Source: Octopus bimaculoides
Taxonomy: Eukaryota
DNA: 64,000 nucleotides
Reading direction: 5' to 3'
Assembly: GCF_001194135.2 (NCBI RefSeq)
Contig: NC_068982.1
Span: 150,844,417-150,908,416, forward strand
Translations under genes and position numbers: made by a program
In this document: in pieces, positions 25,201-38,800 of the stretch
How the letters are laid out: each line of letters begins with the position of its first letter
Numbering within the stretch: the stretch's first letter is position 1
Notes under the pieces: model-generated
Databases searched by the model: none
Told to the model about the DNA's origin: nothing
The model's input: only the letters and a program-made list of their open reading frames with translations

Positions 25201-26835
25201 TTTATGGTGAGTTTTTAAATTTAGTTGAGTTTCATTAATTTAATATTATGTGTGATTTTTTCCATAATCCTCTTTCATTTGACCAAGATCTTTTAAATTT
25301 TGTTGCATTTCTGATGTCTAAGGATGGATGTTTATGTCTATGACACTTTTTTCAAATTTAATTCTGGAGAACTGGAAGGGCATATTTACCTTGTCTTGTC
25401 TTATCCATTTTGCTCCGTCTAAATTTGTCTTTTATATGCTCAAAGAGAACAGTGATAATTTTCTGAAATAGTGTTCTGAATATGTTATAGGTTTTACTGC
25501 ATTTAGAGAAGGTCTTTATTTTGCTGATATAGTTTTGGCAAGGTAGTAAGTATTTGTAAAGAATATATTTTCTTCAAAGTCAAAAATGCAGTAAATATTA
25601 CTCGTTGTGTCCCACCTACTCTTACTGGAAAGTGGAAAAGCAGGCTTTCAGAAACAGCTGTTTGAATTTCCCTGTTTTTGTTAAGGGTTTCCCCTGCTTT
25701 TTATAATTTTTTTTTCATGCATTGCAAAACAATGAAGGGAAGCCATTTTAAAAGAAGAATTTTAAAAATCCATGTCTTTTAAATGTTGGTATCTCTATCC
25801 TCTCTCTCTCTCTCTCTTATACACACACAACACACACACTCATCATGGCTTTGAAACAGCAACAACCACAAAAACGATATTTTCTTTTTTGTAATTTTCT
25901 GTCATTTTATCTTATTCTACATTCTGAAACATTAACCCTTTTGTTACTGTATTTATTTTGAGATGCTCTATATTTCTTTCAATTACTTTAAATATGACAA
26001 AGAATTTAGTAAAATAACTTAGTTATCATTCAGCTAGTGTTAGGAACATAAATTGTGACTAAGGTTTAGTGGAAGATTTTAATTCAAAACTTATGAAAAC
26101 AAAACATTTGTACTCAGAGCCAGAGCTGGTTTCAGCCAGGTTGGTAATGTAAGGGTTAAAAGAAAAAAAAATTTACCCTACTCTTCCCCGCTTCATTGTA
26201 CTTTTCATAATGAAGAGAAAGTGAAACACTGCAAGTGGATGTGCAAAATATGAAACCTGAATTTTGAAAAAGTGTACCCATAAAACAACATTTTCAGTCA
26301 TTTATTTATACTTTCTTTGCTAACTCATCAAATTCAGTTATTTGAAATAGATGTGTTTTGAGATTTAAATTTGATAATTTTCTAAGATTTTCATTCTTGT
26401 GTATAAGGGGCCCACCGAACTTGAAGTGCCATCGAACTTTTAATACAGAGAATGAAGTTGTTAGTGATAGGAAGGGCACCAAGCTATAAAAATATCAAAA
26501 AAGAAACATTGATATGACATGGCTCTACAAAACATTGCACATGCATTCTATCTAGGAGGATAGTAAATCTGAATAAGAACTGATACAGGGTAGAAGGGAC
26601 TGTTTAGTTCTCCTGGATAAGAGAACCTTCTCTAGTGCTGGGGTAATGATAAAATGCTACTGGCTGACATTCTAAGACATGCACAACAACAAAAACAGTT
26701 AGCTGTGTGTGCTAGATGATGTGGACTGTAATGAATGACAAGACTCATCAAACACATGCTAGAAGAGAAAAATGAACATAATGTGACAATTACGATAACA
26801 TAGATATGTAAATGTTTAAGAGTTTGTGAAACCAC

Positions 26836-26891
<56 letters not shown>

Positions 26892-29800
26892 GAGCTTTAT
26901 GCACTTGATTATGATAAAGTATCATCAGAAACCAACTTGGGCAATGAGATACAGGCTTCAAAGATCAAGTTCATAAGCACTCCTTGTCAATCTCACTCAC
27001 AAGAAATGCATTGAACAATTGACTAGCATGTTGATACCTCATAACAGACAATACTGTTGTTCCCAAGTGCATGAAATATCATGTGATCATGTGGCCAACC
27101 AGACTATCAGATGTTACATATTGCTGACTCCAATGTAGTTTGCATTGAATGCCTTTGAATGATGCCACCCTGCTAGCAGGCCAATGTTCCCCAATAATTG
27201 AAAGAGATGATGGGAGCAACATGAAATGAAGTGTTTTGTGCTGCCTGGGAATTGAACCCACGATCTAGCGAATGTGAGTGCAACAATCTTAACACAAGGC
27301 CATGCACCTTCACACATGAAACATATAAACTAAAAATAAAATATGTGCAATAATATATAAATATTTGTGGGTATGTGTCTATGTGTTCCCACAAGTATGT
27401 TTATATGCGTGAGTCTGTGTGTATTATGTGTTCATGCCTCTACAAGTGTGTGTGATATATACATATATACCATCATCATTTAATGTCCACCGTTCCTTGC
27501 TGGTCAGACAGAATCTCTGTGACCAGATGCTCTTCCTGTCACCAACCTCACTTATTTCCAAGCAAAATAGTATTTCTCCATAGCTAGACAATTTTTCACA
27601 GAAAACTGGAAATGAACAGCGTTGTTTGTATGACAGTGATGCTCATTTATAACAATTGTGACATTTAGACAAAGGTACACACAAAGAAATACACATGCAT
27701 ACACACACACACATGCACATGTACACAATGGGCTTCTTTCAATTTCTGTCTACCAAATCTACTCATAGGGCTAGGTTGGCCTGGACTATAGTAGAAGACA
27801 CTTGCCCAACCTGTCACACAGTGGGATTGAACTCAAGACTACATGGTTGGAAAGCACGTATCTTAACCACACAACCACATCTCTGCCTGGAGCCATGCCT
27901 TTGCCAATTATTCTGAACTATGCCTGGTCTACAAAGACATCATCATCATCATCATCATCATCATTATTAACGTCCACATTCCATGCTAGTCTGGGTTGGA
28001 TGGTTTGACAGGATCTGCTGGGTCCAAGGACAGCAACATCCTCTAACGTCTCCTTTAGTATGGTTTCTACAGCAGGACATCCTTTCTAATGCCAACTACT
28101 TTTGTACTGGCTTCATTTTTTGTGGCATCAGCACTAGTGAGGTCACCATGCAGCTTGCAAGATTAAAATCCTCTTTGACCACACCACACACACACACACA
28201 CATATACTCCAGTTACTTACTGAGCAGCTGTTCTCAGAGTCCTTTCAGCATCAAGAAGGTTTTCTTGCAGCTCTGCTTTTTCACTATTATTTTGTTTTAT
28301 TCTATTCTTCACTTCATATAATGATTGTTCTTTAGTCTTTAGAGTATCTTGGCACTTGGATAAAGTCTAAAAATACAGGCCGTAACAGACAATTTAGACA
28401 TCAGAAAAGAATGAGAAAAGTAATTTATCAAAGATTTTAGCTTCATCACAAAACACTTAGATAACCCCTAGCATGTTTTTTGGGAGCACAGCATTTCCTC
28501 TTCTGAGAGTGACATGATACTTGGACGAACAATATCTTTCATATTATTTTTTAATAACATCTATTTTGCCTTCCAGAGATTGGCAAACCTATTCATCTAT
28601 GACATGCACAAAAGATGTTCTTTTGCTTATGGATATATTGTCATTTCTGATGTTGATACTGTCCTTGTAGATTATGTTAACGTCTTTGTTTCAGTAAGTT
28701 ACTTTTGTTATGGCTGCTACTACATCCACACTCAAGTAATCCAACATCACATTCACTCAGCCATCCTGCCTCTATCTTGTTGGAATGAAGAACCATTGAT
28801 GAAATGAATTTCTTCAGTGTCTTCTGCCATCTATATAACAAACAACCCACAACAGCAAGAGATGTGCATTTAATATTAGTCAATGCACTTTCACCATTGG
28901 TTCCTCTCCATGATAACATCAGAAGATTCATTAAATCTAATATTGCATCATGCTTGATCATCATTAATTTAGGAAATGTATTTCTTTTGCAAAATTCTAC
29001 CAATAATATAATGCTCTGTTGCTTTATTTTTATGGTTCAAAAGACTAGTTAGTAGTATATTTGGACCTCTGAAAACTGTCAAAAGCTATCAACAGAGAAA
29101 AGTTTGCATTCTGGGAAATGACTTCCAAGTCAAAATTATAAAAAAGAATGATACTTAGCAAGGGTTTTTATAATTGTCCTTGACTTGCTACTACAGAGTA
29201 GAACTGTTTAAATGCAAGTTTCAGAAAGAAGTATTTTAGTTCTATTACTGATTGAATGATTCCAAAAAATATAAAGTTTATATGCTTTCCCCCTATTCTA
29301 ATTGGCGTCTCTGTTTAAAAACATTTCTATCTTCTGCCATTTCACACAGAGGATAGCAAAACCTGTGACAAAAAGGAAACTGGACTTCTGAGATTGTGAA
29401 GTTTAGGTCATCAATGAACATAACTTTGATTTTTATTCCCACTTTTCAGATATAGTTTCAAAACTTGTCTATTGCCTTTAAGCAGCCAAAGGGCTATCAC
29501 TTAAAATTACAGTAATTTCAGCAAATCTAATACAGGAAGTTTTACAGCAAGCAATCTACTCAAAAGCTTTCTCTTGATAGTGTATCAATCTTCTTGCAGA
29601 GATATATCTATAACATAATCCATAACAATTATGCAAGTGTGTCACCTTGAAGTATTTATGAAGAAGACACCTCAAATTTGTTATACTGCCTGAAGGAAAT
29701 TCAAACATCACTATTGGTACATAGTCATAATAGCATTAATGCATGAATTTGGCACTTCATAGAAATTAACTTGTCTTAAATCAATCCTGTTTACACAGTC

Positions 29801-32800
29801 AGATGTTATAGAATTGCCCACAAGGGTTATCACAAGGTTACATTTTTGATGATACTAGATTTCAGCCACACTAGCTGCTGATTATCTTGGTTATCTGTCC
29901 TACCTAATATGATTCTGATCAACAATGTATTAAACCTTAACAATACATACTTCAGTAACTTCTGATAATATATTTCCTTTCTGGACAACTTTGTTATTCT
30001 GTTCCTGAAGCTGTGATGATATTTCTGTCAGCTGAGCAGATTGCTCTTTCAGCAGTTGATCATTCCGCTGTTCTCGAAGCATAGAAGATTTTAGTTCAAA
30101 TACAAGTTTCTCAAATGTCTCCACTGATATTTGCTGCTGTTGCTAAACACAAACAACGAGAAACAAAAATGAAATTCGTCAAAATTAAGCCATACAACAG
30201 TGATTTCAATATAACAGAAATAAATAAATACTGAAGAGGTTGCAAGATGCAATGGAAATTTTAGAGAAAATAAATAATGAGTGCAATGAGTGGAAATGAA
30301 CCGGTGAGTGTGTTAAGTAATAGAGAACTAAAAGAGAAAAACTCTCCCCAGACAATAAAATAATAAATAACATTCATATAAATAGCATTGCATATTAAAA
30401 AAAACAAAAATTAATAACAGTTTATTCATATAAGGGACTTTTTTGAATGGAGAAATCAATAACTACTCATGTTATTCAAAAACAAAAACCTGTTTTTCCA
30501 TTTCTCATTTTCTTTTTAAGATGTTTTAAGACTACCATAAAAACCCATGTAATTTGTGCACCTGTGTAATTTACGCAGGTGATTTTCAGGATAAAATTTG
30601 TTAAAAAAAAGCTTCTACTCATGTAAATTCGCACCCAAAAGTTTCAGAATTGCCGATATAGCCAGGAGAAAAAGGCTTTGAATTTAGTTGTATTTAGCAT
30701 AATTTCACTTACTTATGATTAGATTTTATTAAATTTTCAATGAATAAAAATAATTTCTGTTTAACAGGTATCACATTGAAAGCTATTAAATTACAAAATA
30801 TTTGTGTTGTTTATAATAAACTTTATTTAACATTTCTTGCCCACAAGAGATTATGTCCGATCTTTAGCACACTGCTGTGTGTCTTCTCAAATCATGATCA
30901 CAGGAAAAGTTGTTGATAAGAATTACTAACAAAAACAAAGCAGGTGTTGCAAATTAAGTTTAATTACCAATAAACATCAGCTTGGATGACACTTTACTCA
31001 ACTGACAGAAGAAGGTGACTGATCAAACTGATTATGTAAACAGAATTCTTTTCCACCTATTCTTGTCGGAACCTTTGACACAGAGTATCGAAATTTTAAT
31101 CCCTTTCACACTTATAAAATTTTAAGCAAACTTAAAAATTTGTCATTACCATTATTGTCTGCCCATTCACAGTCGCCAGCCACAAAGAGAAGGTCCCAAG
31201 CATTTGGATCACACTCCTTCACTTTCACACCCACATTTTTATGGTACATATTACAAGACAGGCACAACTGATGTCCAGTCTGGGAGGCCTGCAGATAGAT
31301 ATCAATCTGCAGGACAGTTTGGGCATACTGTTCTTTCACTAACTTAAAAAAAGTAACCATTCCCCACAAAAATTAAAAAAACTCAGGTATCTTTTCTTTT
31401 TGTTTAACACAGAGTCAGTTGCTACAAGGCAAATGGTAAATATAATTGACTGAATTAATTCCAAAATATTACTGGAACTTGTGTTATTGATTCTGGATTG
31501 AGGAAAGATCTAGTCAATTCTGGTGAGATTTGAACATGGGGTAGAGATAGATGAAACTAAATATTCTGTGGTATTAAGTCTGACACTTTTATCTTGGTTT
31601 AGTATCCCTGTTTCTGATTTTCTTTTTTACTAGACACGAATAATTTTTGTAGGGAGGGAGGAATAGTCCATTTCACTCAATCAAAATATATTACAAGTTA
31701 ATGAAGGAGCCTTTACACGATCACCCAACCTGCTAGAAATAACAGCTATATCTCTACTCTCTTATATAAAAAAGGGTACACTGGATAATGTAGCTTACAT
31801 ACAAAATGACAGGATAGTTATAATATATATTTTATGCACAACACAGTGTGAATCAGAAGTATTGAAATAAATTTAAATAATAGAAAACCGTTAGCTGAAT
31901 GTAAATATATTTCTTCTATGCAGAGAAAAGGAGTCTCCTGATAGATTGTTTCATGATTTGTTGATTACATCTCAGAGAAGATTACTTAATCTCCTGTCCC
32001 AGCAAATAGAATAAGTGTCAACTGCTATATATAACAGTAAGCTACTAATCTACCATCATGGTGGGTAGCTTAATTTGCATATTTCTGTTTTAACTTGCTT
32101 ATCATTAAGTAAACAATATATACTCTATACACAACAAAATGTGAATCAAAATACTTAAATAAATTTAAATATTAAAGCCATTAACTGTGACTAAACAACT
32201 ACATAAAAATGTAAACATTCATATGTTGTGCATAAATTGTCTGTTGTTTACTTAAAGTCATTTAAAGCACAAAATATGCAAACTAGGATGGTCATAATTG
32301 AAAATAGATTTGCTTTATCATTGAAGTTAAAGAGACACCACAACTACACAGCACTAAGCATATTCATGAGCATCTATGACATACTAATAAAGAAAATTAA
32401 AACCAACCAGCAAAAACATTGAAGGACGTTGGCGTAAGTTATACATGAACTTGTTTTTAAAACTGCATGATTTTTGCCATGCATGCTCAAATTACAGACT
32501 AGCCTCACCTGTAAGCATGCTTATAGAGAACAAGCAAAATCAATATCAAATAATTCAGCAGAATAATTCACTCCAAGGTCTGTGTATTTGAATTTGGTAC
32601 ATAAAACACATGTATAAAATGGAGTAAAGCATGGGAAATTCCATATCACCAGAAATGAATAAATTAGTAGTCAATAATTAGTGCAGTTAAGTGAAAGATA
32701 CATTGTAGTTGGTAATTTAACTTGATATACAATTGAAATGAGAAAAGATATCTTAAGAGTACCCTTTCATGCAGTTGCTTTAGCTGTTCTTGTAGATGGA

Positions 32801-35800
32801 AAATAGTTGATTTATCAAGTTCAAACTGTTCTTTTTCTTGTGCAGATTTATCTTGCTTCTGCTTCAACTGTTGTAATTGTGTTGTCATTTCCTGAACATG
32901 TCTATTTAAATCAGAAGTGTAGTTTTGTAGAGATTGTATCATATCCTTGAAAGAAACAAAGAAACAAATACTGAGATGAATATTATATTACACAACCATT
33001 ATATAAATATAATTAACCAGGACTGGAGAAAAAAATTCAGGTGTAGAAGCAAGGCCTGGAATCAAAGGGCTTTAGAGTTGATTTGGCAAAAACTAAAATC
33101 TTAGTAAGTAGGAATCAGACAAATCACAAATTCCTTCAAGTAGATGGCCCTGCTTGATATGTAGAAAAGGCATAGGTGCAAATTCCATAATGTGACCCAG
33201 TGCAAGCTATGGACAGGTAAGAAGTGCAACAGTATCAGTGGAAGGTTAACAGGGAAAATAGTCTTTGTGTGTGGTAGATGTACAGGTGTAATAAACACTA
33301 GAAATGTACAGAAAATAGATTCCATCAATTGTCAGGGAGGGATACCTAAAAGTAGTTGATAGTTTTCACTATACAGGTGACCAAGTTAGAAGCAGAGGTG
33401 AATGCTCCCAGAGTGTAGCTGCTAGAATAAGAATAGGCTGAGCAAAGCTCAGAGAGCTTCTATCTTTGTTGGTAACAAAAGGGAATCTCTCTCAGAGTGA
33501 AAGGTAGATTGTATGAGGCTTGTGTGTGAACAGCCATGCTTCACAGCAGTGAAACATGGGTTGTGACAGTAGAGGACATGCGAAGGCTTGAAAGAAATGA
33601 AGCTACTAGGCTTCGCCTGATGTGCAATGTCAGTGTGCATGTACGACAGACTGTAAGAGTCTTGAGAGAAAAATTGGGCATAAGAGACATCGAGTATGGT
33701 GTGCAAGAGAAATGGCTGTGCCGGTATGATCAAGGGATGCATGCAGATGAGGATAGCTGTGTAAAGAAGTGCTGATCTCTAACTGTAGAGGGAACCTGTG
33801 GAAGAGGTAGACCCAGGAAGACATGGGACAAGGTAGTGAAGCATGATCTTCAAATGTTGGGTCTCATGGATGCAATGACAAAGTGATCAAGACCTTTTGT
33901 GATTTTTCTGTGCTTGAGACGACTCGTCAAGCCAAGTGTGGCTAGTATTGGTGACACCTAAAAGCACCTGTGCTGATGACATGTGGAAACAGGAGTGCTG
34001 GTGACATGTAAAAGCACCTGTGCCGGTGACACATAAAAGGTAACCACTATATTCTTGGAGTGGTTAACATTAAGAAGGGCATTCAACCAGAGACACTGAA
34101 CCAAAATCAGACTGGAACCTGATACAGCTCTGGTTCAGCAGTTCCAGTCAAACCATCTAACCCATGCCAGCATGGAAAGCAGATGCTAAATGATGATGAT
34201 GATGACGATGATGAATCATAAAACAATTGGGACAATCACAGGGATTGTATCACTCTCTTTATATCATAATCTCCGTTCACCTAAGTTATGATTCATATAA
34301 CCCGCAGAAGAGCAAACAATAACAAAACATGATAATAAAATTACTAAACACAGATACAAATAAAAAAATAAGAAACATCTATATGATAGGACATCTTATT
34401 AGAAAGAATCAAATTCTTCTCAGATTGCACCTACAATCTTAAAAAAGGATACATTAGATGATATAGTCCAAGACAAACCATGCCAGCATGGAAAGCAGAC
34501 ATTAAATGATGATGATGATGTTGATAATGATGACACATTATGCTTAAATCAAAAACATGAAAAAAATAACCAAGATGAAATGGTCATGACAGGAATGCTG
34601 TTGATCAACATGTTGATCAATGGGGGTGGCCAATCTGGAGTAAAACTAAACTACAAAACCAATAATCAACAACCATAACTTTCTACTTAGAACAATAACA
34701 CAAAGGAAATGTTTGTCCTCTACCATTTTCTAAAGTATCATGTAACATTTTCAGATTCAATCTAAAAGGTAGCCAATTTAGAAACTAACCAAAAACTATA
34801 AATAATCTCACCAGCTAAACACCTACACTCTCAATGTGTTTGTCTACTGTCCATTACAGACTTTAATGCAACATATGCCTTATCCAGCATCTATTTTTAC
34901 TATCCTACTCCTTACTGACAATAAACAATGACCTTTCTAAAGAGTAGATGAATGGCTCAATATTAGAGAAGCATACAACAGACTATAACTGATAAGCTGT
35001 AGGAGGCTTTATAGTTTCATTCTGGTAATGCTATAGAAGACTTTTGCATTACTCAAAGCTTTAGGATATGCAAACTAGGCAGAAAAGTGGTAAAAACGTG
35101 ATAAAAGGTAATTCAGTATCAGGTTAATGAACTCAGAAACAACCAAGAATTTAAATGATCATTCTTTTGATGTAACTCTATTTAAAACTCATTTGGGTTA
35201 AACAATGACAACAGCAATAGAAGTAGTAATCAACAATAATCTTTCCATAATTGGTTGTTTATTCCATAAATAAACATCTGATAGGAACTAGAACAAACGA
35301 CCAACTGATTTAGTTAAAGCAATACATTACATGAATACATGCATACAGTATTGCTTTATTCTCTTACTGGCTTCAATGAATAAACTGTGGCTATGCTGGA
35401 GCATTACTTTCTAAGGTATAAGTTATAGGATTACATCAATCATATTGCTTAGTTGTCAGCTGGTATTTATTTCATTGACCTCAGAAGGGTGAAAAGCAAA
35501 ATGGACCTAGGTAAGATTCAAACTCAAAAGCTAAAGGGATGTGGGTTGATAATAAATATTACCAAATATTTTGTTTGATGTTCTGCTAATTCTGCTGGCC
35601 ATGCACTATAACAGAGGAAAACAGAATTGCATTTTGCTTTTAGATTACATACTTACTTTCTGGTATAGTAGAGTATTGGTGGTAGCTTGTGGTCTAATTC
35701 TTAGCTGTGTCTGCAAGCCACAAGCTAGTCTAGAGATTAGAGAGTCTCTACTAGTTAAGCCATTTGATGAGATCATATAATTGGTATTCTGAAAATTCTG

Positions 35801-38800
35801 TACAAGAATATTGGCAATTTGGCTCAAGGTCCCACGAGCACAAACAAGGAATGATTTGGTATCTAATTGAGATACTGGAATAGAAAACAAAAACGAAAAA
35901 AGTAGAACAAGAAAATCTTTTATATAATTGTCTTTACAGAGGTATGGTGTCTTCTTGCCTCAGATACCAAACACTAGATAGGTACTTAGTGATGAGCTCT
36001 TATGCTACTTGTGTCAGTCTACCAGGACAAGACATTCTTAAACATCAACTTCAAGGTAATCTCTTACAGTAAGATCAGTATTTAGAAGGACAAACAGATG
36101 TAAAGTTTGTTTAGAACAACATACCTGTGTACAGTTAGTTAAGGACAGTAAATGACAGAATGACTAGAGCCTTAGACATAATGTGTTCTGATATTTATTC
36201 TGAGACCCAAGAAGACATAGAATGATGTATTGAAATCTTATCTCAAGATGCTGAGCCATACAGAGATGACAAAGGACTAAGGTGATTTGCATTTTGCAGT
36301 GCTCCAGAAAACCTGTCCATTACAGCCAAAAGATAGTATCCTTAAATCAATCTATTATGCCTTTATACATGGGGCACCACCCCTACTTTCTTTCGCTCTG
36401 ACATATTAAGCATTTCCCCACAATTCTTATCACCTAACATCCATCACTCCCTCTTCTATGGCACTACTTGGCTGCTGTAGTCACCAATGAGCCAAACTGG
36501 CACATATTACACTCCTCCCTTCTGGTTACCTCTTCCTCCTCCCCTCTCCCTCCTCCCCTCTCCCTCCTGGAACCACTTCCATTCACCATTATCATCCCTA
36601 CCTACCCTATTTCTACCAATCACATCTTTGCTATGCCTTCAGCCACCAGTGTCAGTGGCATGAAAAAAAAAACTATCCAGTACACTCTGTAAAGTGGCTG
36701 GTGCTAGGAAAGACATTCAGCCATAGAAACTGTATCAAAGATGACACTAGAGCTCAACATGGCCTTGCATTTTGCCAGACTCTGACAAACCATCCAACAC
36801 ATGCCAATATGGAAAATGATAATGATGATGATCCCTTTATATTTATATGTTAAATTCTGCTATGAGATGATAAACTTTCATCTCACAATTTTTGATAAAA
36901 TAATGACTGGTAATACACCACCAGTTAATTCAATTCATTATTCTTCCATCCTATAAATTTGCAAGAAACCAGTATTTTCTTGTGATACTCACAAGCCACA
37001 TCTATACTATAACGGAGAAAGTTGCTTATTAATTAGATTTGTAACAATTACTAAAAGTACTAAAAGAAAGCAATTATTAAAGGATTGACCAACTGGAAAT
37101 ATTTTTATAATTTCATCATCATCATCATCATCATCATCTGAGAAATTTCCTATAATTTTGATTTCTCAAGTTTACTGAATTTTAAAAATTCCAATTTCTT
37201 GCAAATTTAAATATTTACTTTATCCAATTCACCACAAATTTAAATATTCACTGCAGAGTATCTCATTTTCATTTGCAAGGTCTCTTACTTTCTCTTTTAA
37301 GTTTTAATTTGCTATTAATGTATATGTAATGTAAAAACATTATTTATTGAATGAAAATTTTAAAAAATATCTGTATAATTTTTGAATGTGGGATAGCTGT
37401 AAGAAGAGCCTAGAAAGTTGGGTAATTACTATTTGAAGACGAGGACAAAAAGAAAAAGTTACCGACAAGTACTCAAAACTTGCACCTTATTCACAGTTTC
37501 CAAACACAACTTCAACAGGAACACCACACACACCAATACACACTCGCACACACACATAAGATACATATACACACAAATGAAAAGCAATGAATAAATGTGT
37601 GTGTGTGTGTGTGTGTGTGTGCATGTGCTATTCACTGAAAAAGCTTCGTGCTGCATCACTTTTGTGAAGTTTTGTCAGTGAACAGGTTGCGGTTTCAAAG
37701 TGACGAAAATATTTTGACACAAATGAAGTTTTAATGTTGGAGTGAAACTAACGGTATTTGTGTGTTCTTGAATGTTCTTGAATGGTTTACAAACATCTCC
37801 CACACTGCAATTGTTTTTGTTTCAGCACATGATCTCAGATCAAGTCACTTGCTATGCGAATACATCTCTGTAATCTTTTTAAATCACTGTGGATAAATGC
37901 CAGTAATGACCTTCTCAGACTCTCCAATATTTTAATTTCTTAACAGAAACAATCAGGGGCAGGGAGTGGGGTTGCAAAAAATTCATACATGTAAGAGTGA
38001 CAAAGAAATGAGGAGGNNNNNNNNNNNNNNNNNNNNNNNNNNNNNNNNNNNNNNNNNNNNNNNNNNNNNNNNNNNNNNNNNNNNNNNNNNNNNNNNNNNN
38101 NNNNNNNNNNNNNNNNNNNNNNNNNNNNNNNNNNNNNNNNNNNNNNNNNNNNNNNNNNNNNNNNNNNNNNNNNNNNNNNNNNNNNNNNNNNNNNNNNNNN
38201 NNNNNNNNNNNNNNNNNNNNNNNNNNNNNNNNNNNNNNNNNNNNNNNNNNNNNNNNNNNNNNNNNNNNNNNNNNNNNNNNCCCCATCATTTTGAAGGCTG
38301 TGGTTTAAAAAAAAATGGGGAAAATCCCTGAAAAATATTTCCCCCACAAATTTCTTTATAATCATAATCTATGCTGTTTGAAAGGGATCTGTATAAATTT
38401 TCATTAAAAGATACCCATCTTCCTGAAAGTTATGAGGGAAAAATTTCAGATTGTGTGAATTTTCTGAAACTCCTCTCTCCACTCCCTCGCAAAAATTCTT
38501 TCCCATAAATTCCTATATACTCTGAAGCCACAACATCTAAGTGATATTTGTAGAAAATTTTGTTAAAAAGTATCCATTTTTCTGGATGTTATGAAGCAAC
38601 AAAGTCAGGGGTGAACATATCTGTAGTAATGCCCTTTTATTTATACAATACTTTTATTTCATGTTTGTTTCATTCATTGTTTGCAAAGTTCTCTCTCTCT
38701 CTCACACATACACTGCAAAGCTTACAAATGGACTGCTGAACTGAAATCTCTATGTTGCTTTTAAGGGAAGGTAAAACTCGACAAATTGCATCTCCCTCTG

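Noticed and set aside
25390-25462. Possible 73-nt exon (ttcag...G|gtaaat)
   Set aside because: The phase required by the upstream exon contains a stop, and the length would frameshift the gene.
24790-25740. Coding-like strand asymmetry suggesting a nested gene or retrocopy
   Set aside because: All frames I translated have stops and no recognisable motif.
27225-27310. tRNA gene
   Set aside because: A and B boxes are present but there is no complete cloverleaf, and it continues into a SINE body.
37915-38365. ORFs of 121-141 aa
   Set aside because: Made almost entirely of Ns.
37660-38520. Possible DD37D/maT transposon around the 264-N gap
   Set aside because: No catalytic motif or paired TIR is readable, and the sequence beside the gap looks low quality.
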